From contig DUMU01000035.1 of assembly GCA_012839805.1 (NCBI GenBank), forward strand, positions 105,296 to 169,295: a stretch of DNA of 64,000 bases, read 5' to 3'. Below the pieces are notes generated by a model. The model did no database searches and had not been told where the DNA came from. It saw only the letters and a list, made by a program, of their open reading frames with translations. The translations under genes were made by a program, and so were the position numbers. This DNA is from Bacillota bacterium (GTDB lineage: Bacteria > Bacillota > Limnochordia > Limnochordales > DUMU01). Below, piece by piece: positions 32,077-40,969 of this stretch; position 1 is the stretch's first letter; each line of letters begins with the position of its first letter.

Positions 32077-32747
32077 CAACGGTAGCCGGTGACCCAACCG
32101 GTTGAACGTGTTACCGGCGTGGCAGGTGGGAATTGTACCTGGCTTCCCGAGCCGAGCAGGTGAAAAATGTACCCACCGGCGGGCCCGGAACTCCTGCCCG
32201 GTGGGGGTGGGGAAGGCAGGCCGGCGAAGGCCAAGCGGTCTACCAGGAGTTTTGAACGCCGAGATCCTACGGGAGCGCCCGCCTCCCCCCTGGCTTACGG
32301 CCCGTGGGAGCGTTCTCAGGAGTTGGAAGGTACATTTTTCACCCACTGTCACTTCGAAGCCAGGTGCAAAAAGTACCTGCCGGCCCGGGGCGGGGGCGAT
32401 AGCACAAGCGCGGAAGAGTGTCGGCCGATGGCCGGAAGAGCGCCGGTCGGTGGGCGGAAAAGTGCGGCCGATGCGCGTGTGCGGAAGGATGCAGGCAAGC
32501 GCTGCCGGGTTCACCAGTACTTACAACGCTTCTAGCAGCAGGAATACAGAAGCCCAGCTAGAAATCTTGTGCCCGTGAACGAGAAGGCCGGACGTTCACC
32601 CGGATCGACCTTCACCTGGATCTCCGGTGAACGCTCTGCGGCCATGGAAGGGCGGAGAGGCCAGCCAGGTCTCGGATCGGCCAAAGTGTCGCAAGATTGT
32701 ACCTTTTAGGCTTTTATAAAGTTTACCCGTCGCGTGGGCCCTCTCGG

Positions 32748-32758
32748 GAAAGGAGGTG
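32748..32758 (+). promoter_or_regulatory. SD-like element GAAAGGAGGTG deep in the leader of porin-like gene 1 (STAB-SD-like)
   Basis: A perfect anti-SD complement lies 285 nt upstream of ATG 33043. Only a 7-codon ORF follows it. The same 11-mer occurs in the leader of the paralog, at 34638. Confidence 0.3.
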
Positions 32759-33042
32759 ACCCCTGCGTGCGGAGGGCGTGGCGAGGCGGGTAAAGGGGCG
32801 CAGACGCAGTCTTCGCAGCCGCCGGGAGCGTGTGCGAGGTGAGGAAACGAGGAAACTCCCCCCGCCTGAGCTCCCGCTACGTAGCCAGGAAGGAAACAAG
32901 GTCGTTCTAAGCTTCGAGATCTATCCGCACCATTCGGAGCAGCAATAGTCGAGGCTAGATCGGCAGTTCAGAAGCTGCGTCCCGGTTTCCGGTAACTCCA
33001 ACGCAGTTCATCTACGTAGCACGCAGCACAAGGGGGATATCC

Positions 33043-34260
33043 ATGAACAAACTAGCAGCAGTTGTATCCGTCGCATTGGCCGTCGCCATGGCGGCACCGG
33101 TCGTGGCGGCCGGCCCGAGCCTGAGCGGCTCGCTCGAGGGCAAGCTCCGCTGGCAGCAGGGCGCCGAGCCTACCTCAGGTGCAAACCTTAAACTCAATCT
33201 CGGCTTCCAGGCCGGTGACAAGACCAAGGCAGTCCTCGGGCTGGCCCCGAGCATCGACGGGAATGCTTGGGCGGCCGGCATCGAGCGCATCGACGTCACC
33301 AAGGCGTACGTTGAGACCCAGGGGCCGTGGTGGAAGGGCGGTCCGGCCGTTACCACCCGCATCGGCGACCTCGACATCGATTACTCGCCGTACGTGGCCA
33401 AGATCAGCTCGACCGAGGGCCAAACCCGTGGTCTCAGCGTGAGCGGGCTTCAGGTAGGCCCCTTCGCGCTGGCCGGGTTCCATGCCTGGGACAACAACGC
33501 CGGAACGTCGCCGTCAAAGCTCCAGAACCATCAGGCGACCGGTATCCGGGTGGCCGGGCAGATCGCCGGGATCAACCTGGCGGCCACCGGCGTGATGGAA
33601 GGTGAGCGCCTATCGGGAGCCCTCGAAGGATCAACCCAGGTGCTTCCCAACGTGGCCATCGGCGGGGCGCTAGCCCGGGATGAGGCCAACCGGGCGACCA
33701 TGTACCGCATCGGTGCCCAGGTCGTACCGGTCAGCAACCTGGCGGTCATCGCCGAGTACGGTCGGGTACCGAGCCAGTTCGCACCGCTCTACGTTGACGG
33801 TGACCCGAACGGCTTCGTAGCCCAGACCCGCGGCCAGGCGGTCGTCAATCTGGGTGCTGCCACGGAGCAGGCTGGATTCCGGCTGGGCGCAGGACTCAAG
33901 ATGGCCCGGGCGGAGAACGCCGACCAGTTCCGCCGGACCGAGACCACCTTCACGGCGGCTCGTACGGTGGCTCTGCAGGGCATCCCGGTGGAGACCAGCT
34001 ACCGACTGACGATCGACGGTCAGAACAAGATGACCCACGAGATCGCCGGTAAAGCGACGCTCAACCTGATCCCTGCCCTTCAGGGCCTGACGGTCGACGG
34101 TAAAGTGAAAATGGCGGACAGCAAGATGGCCTACGGTGTCAACGCCGGTTACACTGCACCGAACGGAATGCAGTTCGGACTCCACTACGACAACGGCGAC
34201 ATCGACGGTAACGGCACCGCCGGTCTCTCCGCCGACGCCGGCCTGACGGTCAGCTTCTGA
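33043..34260 (+). CDS. putative outer-membrane beta-barrel (porin-like) protein 1
   Basis: AAGGGGGA lies 5 nt before the ATG. The signal peptide is MNKLAAVVSVALAVAMAAPVVAAG. Amphipathic beta-strand patterning runs throughout. The C-terminus is ADAGLTVSF, with a terminal Phe and hydrophobic residues at -3, -5, -7 and -9. Confidence 0.6.
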   Translation: MNKLAAVVSVALAVAMAAPVVAAGPSLSGSLEGKLRWQQGAEPTSGANLKLNLGFQAGDKTKAVLGLAPSIDGNAWAAGIERIDVTKAYVETQGPWWKGGPAVTTRIGDLDIDYSPYVAKISSTEGQTRGLSVSGLQVGPFALAGFHAWDNNAGTSPSKLQNHQATGIRVAGQIAGINLAATGVMEGERLSGALEGSTQVLPNVAIGGALARDEANRATMYRIGAQVVPVSNLAVIAEYGRVPSQFAPLYVDGDPNGFVAQTRGQAVVNLGAATEQAGFRLGAGLKMARAENADQFRRTETTFTAARTVALQGIPVETSYRLTIDGQNKMTHEIAGKATLNLIPALQGLTVDGKVKMADSKMAYGVNAGYTAPNGMQFGLHYDNGDIDGNGTAGLSADAGLTVSF

Positions 34261-34283
34261 GCCAGGTCGAGCAGGCAAAGGAA

Positions 34284-34318
34284 CAAGCCCCCGAGGGGAT
34301 CGCCCCTTCGGGGGCTTG
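34284..34318 (+). terminator. GC-rich hairpin after porin-like gene 1 (no clear U-tract)
   Basis: CAAGCCCCCGAGGGG ... CCCCTTCGGGGGCTTG lies 24 nt after the stop codon. Confidence 0.4.
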
Positions 34319-34637
34319 CCGCGCTTGTGGCGTGCGCTTGATACGTGACCGCCAGGCGGGCGCAAGCCGTCGAACATAATCGTCCCCGCCGTGCATAGCG
34401 TGAACTACGCGCCGAGGTACTTCCAGTCGGGACAATTCCCGCACGATTACGACAATTGGTCCCCCCCTTTCCGAGCTGGTCGTTTCCGGTATAATCAGGG
34501 CTGTCTGGGGCGATGAAAAATCTCTGTCAGTCCGACGAAGATCTGGCAGGAATTCACGACCCCGGATCGAATACGGGAGTGATAGTGGCCAAGGTGTTCT
34601 TGGCGGGCGAGGTCGCGGCTTCCGCCGTGCGGGAACC

Positions 34638-34648
34638 GAAAGGAGGTG
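34638..34648 (+). promoter_or_regulatory. SD-like element GAAAGGAGGTG in the leader of porin-like gene 2 (STAB-SD-like)
   Basis: The same 11-mer as at 32748, here 173 nt upstream of ATG 34821. A perfect TATAAT at 34490-34495 is a possible -10 box for this leader. Confidence 0.3.
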
Positions 34649-34820
34649 TCTTCAGTTTGGTCCGTACGGGGGTAGCGGCGAGCCGATGGCGGGCGAAGGC
34701 ATCCTGGGGTGGGAAGAGAACGAGGAAGACTTCCCGCCGGACGGGGCGGCCTTCCCAGTCAGAGGTTGTTTCGCACTCCTGCATTCCAAGTTTCCTAATC
34801 CAAACTGAGGAGGTCGAAGT

Positions 34821-36380
34821 ATGAAGCGCATCTCCCTTCTACTTGCTCTCGTGGCGGTGTTGGCGCTGGCGGGGACTGCCGCTGCGGGGCCGAACGTCTC
34901 TATCAGCGGCGAGAGCACGCTGGTCGTCTCGGGCAACACGGACGATCTCACTCCGAGCGTTGGCGGCCTCACTTTCGGAATGAAGCAGGATATCTCCATC
35001 AGTGGCGACAAGTGGTCTCTGAGCGGGAAGCTGTATCTGCCCCATTCGGCTTCCCTGAGCATCAGTGACCCGACGGAAACGAAAGAAGTGCTTACCCGCT
35101 TCTGGGTAAAGGAAGTTAACGAGGGTACCGAGGAAGCCCCGGACTACCATTACTACGTGGAGGAGCTCGGATGGGAGCTCATTCAAGTGTCTGGGAACTG
35201 GGTAGCTATCACCGGCTACGATGACGAGGATAACCCGGAGTTGGTAGAGGAGTTCTACGAAATCTACATTGACGACCAGGATAAGCCGGTCGTCGTCGTA
35301 GCTCTTGTGAGTCTCACTTACGTGAAGGATGTGTCCGGCAGCCTTACGCATGGCTCGAATCCCTGGTTCTCACTTACGAGCTGGAAGCTGACGATGGACG
35401 CCGGGGCGGCCAAGTTCGCGTTCGCCAACGGCGCCGACCTGACAGACTATGGGGATCACCTGGGCTTCATCAGCTTGGCCAAGGGTGCAAGCGGTAATCA
35501 CATGCAGGTGACCGTACCGCTTCAGAACCTGACGCTTGTCTATGATAAGGCTGGTGCCCAGGAAGGCGCCTATGTTAAGATCGCAAAGGGGGTCATCCCG
35601 GCCGAAGTCATCGGGATGTACGACGCCACCACCAGCCGGTATTCTGCGACAGTCCGCTACGACTTCGGGGGTGGACTTTGGACCGAAATCGGTGCAGTAA
35701 TGGCGCAGGGCAAGACCAACGGTGCGGGCTACGGTGCCGAGGTCAACGTACCCCTCACCCAAGACCAGTCGCTGGTCGCGTACATCGTCGGCAAGCAGTT
35801 TGGCAGCGGGTATACGGACACAGCGCTTAACGGCCGTACTGTCACGCTAGGTCAGCTGACCTACACGCAACCGCAGTACAAGGCGAAGGCGTACATCTGG
35901 ACCAAGTTCAAGGCCGACGGTTCGGTCGAGCAGCGCGATCATTATTTGGAGGGCTCTCTCGTACAGAAGGCGGGAGACCCGCTCGGCTGGTACACCGACT
36001 GGCCCTATAACAAGTATCGCAACCTGAAAGGACTTGGGCTCTACGCGAAGTACGACATCGACTCGCCGGCTCTCGTGGCTGGCCTAGGGGCGCCGGTGGT
36101 CCCGGGTAAGGCTGCACTCAAGCTCTCGAGCCCGAACCTGCTGGCGAAGGACGCCAACAATAAGGGTATCGTAGAGGTCAACGGAGAGCTTTATGTGAAG
36201 CTGAGCGACAAGCTCAACTCGGTGACTAACGTGCAGTACAAGCAGGGCACGGGTGTGACCCAGCTCCAGGATACGCTCAACTACACCGTGTCGAGCAACT
36301 CTTCGATCAGCCTAACGCTGACGAAGCCGACTAATGCCAACCGGCTGGATTACACGGCCACCTTCAAGGTCTCCTACTGA
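34821..36380 (+). CDS. putative outer-membrane beta-barrel (porin-like) protein 2
   Basis: GAGGAGG lies 7 nt before the ATG. The signal peptide is MKRISLLLALVAVLALAGTAAAG. The mature N-terminus GPNVSISGE parallels GPSLSGSLE of protein 1. The C-terminus is LDYTATFKVSY, with a terminal Tyr and alternating hydrophobic residues at -3 to -11. Confidence 0.55.
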   Translation: MKRISLLLALVAVLALAGTAAAGPNVSISGESTLVVSGNTDDLTPSVGGLTFGMKQDISISGDKWSLSGKLYLPHSASLSISDPTETKEVLTRFWVKEVNEGTEEAPDYHYYVEELGWELIQVSGNWVAITGYDDEDNPELVEEFYEIYIDDQDKPVVVVALVSLTYVKDVSGSLTHGSNPWFSLTSWKLTMDAGAAKFAFANGADLTDYGDHLGFISLAKGASGNHMQVTVPLQNLTLVYDKAGAQEGAYVKIAKGVIPAEVIGMYDATTSRYSATVRYDFGGGLWTEIGAVMAQGKTNGAGYGAEVNVPLTQDQSLVAYIVGKQFGSGYTDTALNGRTVTLGQLTYTQPQYKAKAYIWTKFKADGSVEQRDHYLEGSLVQKAGDPLGWYTDWPYNKYRNLKGLGLYAKYDIDSPALVAGLGAPVVPGKAALKLSSPNLLAKDANNKGIVEVNGELYVKLSDKLNSVTNVQYKQGTGVTQLQDTLNYTVSSNSSISLTLTKPTNANRLDYTATFKVSY

Positions 36381-36398
36381 GACAAGGGGCTCGTGGAA

Positions 36399-36426
36399 GA
36401 ACCCCCCGGCGATCGCCGGGGGGTTC
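36399..36426 (+). terminator. perfect 28-nt palindromic hairpin after porin-like gene 2
   Basis: GAACCCCCCGGCGATCGCCGGGGGGTTC lies 18 nt after the stop. There is no U-tract. Confidence 0.5.
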
Positions 36427-36979
36427 TCGCGCGTACTCCCGGCAAGGGTAGTGCCTATACGGTGAACGTTAGGAGTGCAGGGAGACCTGCGGGTGGCCCG
36501 GAGCGACCGGCAATCCAGCCTGAGAGGGCTGGCTGGGCCCGCAGGAGTCAGTAGAGGTCATAGTATCTGCGGAGGCACGAACACAGGGAAGGGCCGAACG
36601 GTGGAACAAGGGATCGAATTGGGCAAGTTCGCGAGGCGAGCAAAAAAGGGAGCCAAGCTGGAAACAGCGATCGGGGGGTGTCGCGGTTGCGCCCCTCCTG
36701 CTCGATGTCACGGGGTGAGCTCCGACGGGTGGTGGAGCTGGGCAGGAGAGGCTTGAAAAAGATAGGGCAACGGCATTAGTGGCAGCAGGAGATCGTGCAA
36801 GGGCGTCGAATGGAGCAAAGGCGCGGAAGGACGTCCGGAAGGCGCTCGCGCCGTGGTTTGACCGCTCCCGCAGGCATGTTGACGCCCAAACGTCAATATG
36901 ATGGAGAGAGGGGCTTGCGGCGGGTAGCGCCGAGCAGGGCACAAAAGGGCCCGGAGGGCATTGCGGGGAGGTAGGAGGA

Positions 36980-38089
<1,110 letters not shown>

Positions 38090-38130
38090 GGGCAAGGTAA
38101 TCGGCGGCTTACGACCGCAAAGGGGAGCGG

Positions 38131-38161
38131 AGGCGAGCGGTACCCGTAACCGCTCGCCTTT
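38131..38161 (+). terminator. candidate intrinsic terminator after the ABC ATPase gene
   Basis: The stem pairs AGGCGAGCGG with CCGCTCGCCT. The loop is 9 nt and TTT follows. Confidence 0.5.
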
Positions 38162-38295
38162 GCCGCGTAGATGCCCCCTCCTACACGATTGTCCGTTAGT
38201 TTATACTGATACGCATGACGCGCCGGGCCGCAAGGCCGGCGCGCCGGGCCGCGAGGCCGTTCGGCCGCGCCCGGGCATAACTTTGGGAGCAGGGG

Positions 38296-39459
38296 ATGAA
38301 GGGCGTGGAGGGGACGAGGCAAGAGCAGGTGAGCAGGGAGGCTCAGGAGATGCGGGAGCTCCTGGACTCTCCGGCCAAGATGCGGGCGCTTGACCCGCAC
38401 GCCATGTATAAGTCCATTGCTGAACTGCCCGCCCAGGTGAGCGAAGCCTGGGAAATCGCACAAGGAACGGAGTTACCCCAGACGGGCGGGACGTTGCCAC
38501 GGTCGGTCATCATCAGCGGCATGGGCGGGTCCGCCATCGGCGGAGACCTGCTCCGGGCGCTGGTGGAAGACCGTGTCCCCGTGCCCGTGCTGGTCAACCG
38601 CGACTACTCGCTACCGGCTTTCGCCGGCCCCGACGATCTGGTCATTGTCTCCAGCTACTCCGGCAATACGGAGGAGACACTCTCGGTGTATGACGAGGCG
38701 AAGCGGCGGGGAAGCCGCGTGGTAGCGGTCACCTCCGGCGGCGAGCTGGCCCGGCGGGCCGCGGTCGACGGCTACCCCGTGGTCCGGATTCCCGGGGGAC
38801 TGATGCCCCGGGCAGCGCTCGGGTACTCTTTCATTCCGCTTTACAACCTCTTCTACCGGATGGGTCTTGCTGTGGGTGGCGATCTGGGGGCAGAAGGGGG
38901 TGTCCGGCAGAGCGAGGGAGAGATACGGATCCGCCGGCTCCGCGCCGCCCTGGAGAAGTGGCGCGATCGCTGGGGGCTGGAGCGGCCGGTGGCGGAAAAC
39001 CGGGCCAAGCAACTGGCCCTGGCGGTACGAGGGAAGCTGCTGGTCGTATACGGTTCACAAGGGTGGAAGGGGACGGTTGCCTACCGGTGGAAAGGGCAGT
39101 TCAACGAAAACGGGAAGAATTTCGCTCACACTAATGTATTCCCTGAACTGAACCACAACGAGACGGTCGGCTGGGAGAATCCCCCGGAGCTGGTGCAGAA
39201 GACTACCTGCGTCATCCTGTGGGATGAGGCAGACAACCCGAGGAATGCCAAGCGGGTGGCGGTAACCGCCCAGATCCTGAGGGAACGGGGGGTTCAGGTG
39301 GAGGAGGTCTGGGCAGAAGGGGAAAGTGAGCTCGAGCGTATGTTCTCCCTCATCTACCTGGGGGATTGGACCAGCCTGTACCTGGCTTACCTGAACGGCG
39401 TCGACCCTTATCCCATCGCCGTCATCGACCGGCTGAAAGCAGCTATGGCCGCCGAGTAG
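38296..39459 (+). CDS. bifunctional phosphoglucose/phosphomannose isomerase (SIS family)
   Basis: Contains SVIISGMGGSAIGGDLL, DLVIVSSYSGNTEETL, GSRVVAVTSGGEL and the C-terminal NHNE..GW motif region. An alternative start at ATG 38350 lies 8 nt after GGGAGG. Confidence 0.85.
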   Translation: MKGVEGTRQEQVSREAQEMRELLDSPAKMRALDPHAMYKSIAELPAQVSEAWEIAQGTELPQTGGTLPRSVIISGMGGSAIGGDLLRALVEDRVPVPVLVNRDYSLPAFAGPDDLVIVSSYSGNTEETLSVYDEAKRRGSRVVAVTSGGELARRAAVDGYPVVRIPGGLMPRAALGYSFIPLYNLFYRMGLAVGGDLGAEGGVRQSEGEIRIRRLRAALEKWRDRWGLERPVAENRAKQLALAVRGKLLVVYGSQGWKGTVAYRWKGQFNENGKNFAHTNVFPELNHNETVGWENPPELVQKTTCVILWDEADNPRNAKRVAVTAQILRERGVQVEEVWAEGESELERMFSLIYLGDWTSLYLAYLNGVDPYPIAVIDRLKAAMAAE

Positions 39460-39479
39460 CAGGGACGGGGTGAGAGAAC

Positions 39480-40592
39480 GTGACAGCGGCAGAACCATGG
39501 GTCGTAGCAGTGGACGTGGGTGGAACGAAGATCGCCACCGGCGTGGTGACCAGGAGCGGTGAGCTGCTCTCCCGGGTGGTAGTTCCCACCCGGGCCGCGG
39601 AAGGGCCGGAAGCGATCCGGGAACGCATCGCCGAAAGCATTGCGGAAGCCATCGAAGGAGCAACGGCAACCACCGAGGCGGTCGCTGCCGCGGGCGAAGG
39701 ACAGAACGGCCAAGCGACCGGTATGGCGCGTGGCCACGGGCAGGGCGACGGGCGGAGTAGCTTGGCCGGGCAGGACGGCCGGGGACATGGGAGAAGATGG
39801 CAGCCGCGGCCGGCGGCGATCGGGCTGGCGGCGCCCGGGCCGATGGATACCGAGCGAGGTGTCGCCCTGGCCGCCTCCAACCTGGGATGGTATGACCTGC
39901 CCGTGGGTCCGGTGCTCGAGGAGCGGTTTGGGTGCCCGGTCTACCTCGAGAATGACGCCAACGCGGCCGCCCTTGGCGAATGGCTCTTCGGCGCCGGGCG
40001 CGGGGCGGTCAACCTCATATACGTAACCATTAGCACTGGCATAGGTTCGGGGCTCGTCATCGGTGGACGGCTGTACCGGGGGAAGCATTTCAACGCCGGC
40101 GAAGTGGGGCACATGGTGCTCCTGGCCGACGGACCGCTTTGTACCTGCGGGCAGCGGGGCTGTTGGGAGGCACTGGCGTCCGGAACGGCCATCGCCCGGG
40201 ATGCCCGGCAGATCGCGACCGCCTTTCCCGAGGGCGAGCTCTACCGGCGTTGCGGAGGCGACGTGACCAAGATCGACGTGCCGCTGGTGGCCGAGGTAGC
40301 CCGGGCCGGGGACAAGCTCGCCCGGGAGGTGCTGGACCAGGCCATCAGGTACCTGGGCATCGGGTTCAGCAACCTCATCAACATGTTCGACCCGGACGTG
40401 GTGGTCGTGGGCGGTGGGGTGAGCAACCTGGGCGAGGCGCTCTTCGGCCCGCTCGGTGAATACGTCGCCCGGCACACGGAGCGGCGGGTGAAGGAGCCGG
40501 CGAGGATCGTCCGGGCGGCGCTGGGAGAGAATTCGGGGATACTGGGCGCGGCGGCGGTGGCCTGGCAGGAGCTGGGCGACGGCCGGGCGTAG
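39480..40592 (+). CDS. glk: ROK-family glucokinase with a roughly 50-aa low-complexity insertion
   Basis: Contains VAVDVGGTKIATGVV, ENDANAAALGE, the GHM motif EVGHMVL and the zinc motif CTCGQRGCWE. Residues 60-111 (ATATTEAVAAAGEGQNGQATGMARGHGQGDGRSSLAGQDGRGHGRRW) interrupt the fold. Confidence 0.85.
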   Translation: MTAAEPWVVAVDVGGTKIATGVVTRSGELLSRVVVPTRAAEGPEAIRERIAESIAEAIEGATATTEAVAAAGEGQNGQATGMARGHGQGDGRSSLAGQDGRGHGRRWQPRPAAIGLAAPGPMDTERGVALAASNLGWYDLPVGPVLEERFGCPVYLENDANAAALGEWLFGAGRGAVNLIYVTISTGIGSGLVIGGRLYRGKHFNAGEVGHMVLLADGPLCTCGQRGCWEALASGTAIARDARQIATAFPEGELYRRCGGDVTKIDVPLVAEVARAGDKLAREVLDQAIRYLGIGFSNLINMFDPDVVVVGGGVSNLGEALFGPLGEYVARHTERRVKEPARIVRAALGENSGILGAAAVAWQELGDGRA

Positions 40593-40604
40593 GGAGGCCT
40601 GCGG

Positions 40605-40943
40605 TTGCCGGGGCGGTTGCGGCGAGGCGAAGTGTACCTGGCCAATCTCAATCCGACGGTGGGTTCCGAGCAGCGCGGGGTAAGGCCGGTAGTGGTCCTC
40701 CAGAACGAGGTGGGCAACCGGGTGAGCCCCACCGTCATCGTGGCCCCGCTCACGTCCCGGCCCAAACGCCAAGAGCTGCCCACCCACGTGCCGCTCCCGA
40801 ACGGTGATGGCCTGGTCCTCCTCGAGCAACTGCGCACCATCGACCGCCGCCGGCTCCGGAAATTCCTGGGCCGGCTCGACCCGATTACTCTGGCCGCCGT
40901 TGACGAGGCCCTGCGAACCAGTCTGGGCTTGGAGAACCCTTAG
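40605..40943 (+). CDS. mazF: MazF/EndoA-family type II toxin endoribonuclease
   Basis: TTG start 7 nt after GGGAGG. RRGEVYLANLNPTVGSEQRGVRPVVVLQNEVGNRVSPTVIVAPLTS...LLEQLRTIDRRRL is collinear with B. subtilis EndoA. This includes the GVRP arginine and the downstream Thr. Confidence 0.9.
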   Translation: MPGRLRRGEVYLANLNPTVGSEQRGVRPVVVLQNEVGNRVSPTVIVAPLTSRPKRQELPTHVPLPNGDGLVLLEQLRTIDRRRLRKFLGRLDPITLAAVDEALRTSLGLENP

Positions 40944-40969
40944 CGCAACGTAGCCGGGGAGTGACGACC

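Noticed and set aside
34513-34824. 103-aa ORF in the porin-2 leader, ending in an ATGA overlap with the porin start, considered as a coupled upstream ORF
   Set aside because: The translation is Arg/Gly/Trp-rich and not protein-like. The equivalent position in the homologous leader 1 has only a 7-codon ORF, so the coding potential is not conserved. The conserved element is better explained at the RNA level.
40590-40607. Glucokinase and mazF share a reading frame, separated by a single TAG, considered as a programmed read-through fusion
   Set aside because: Same-frame placement has a one-in-three chance. mazF has its own SD and TTG start, and I recognised no read-through context. It is mentioned only as a side note in the MazF finding.
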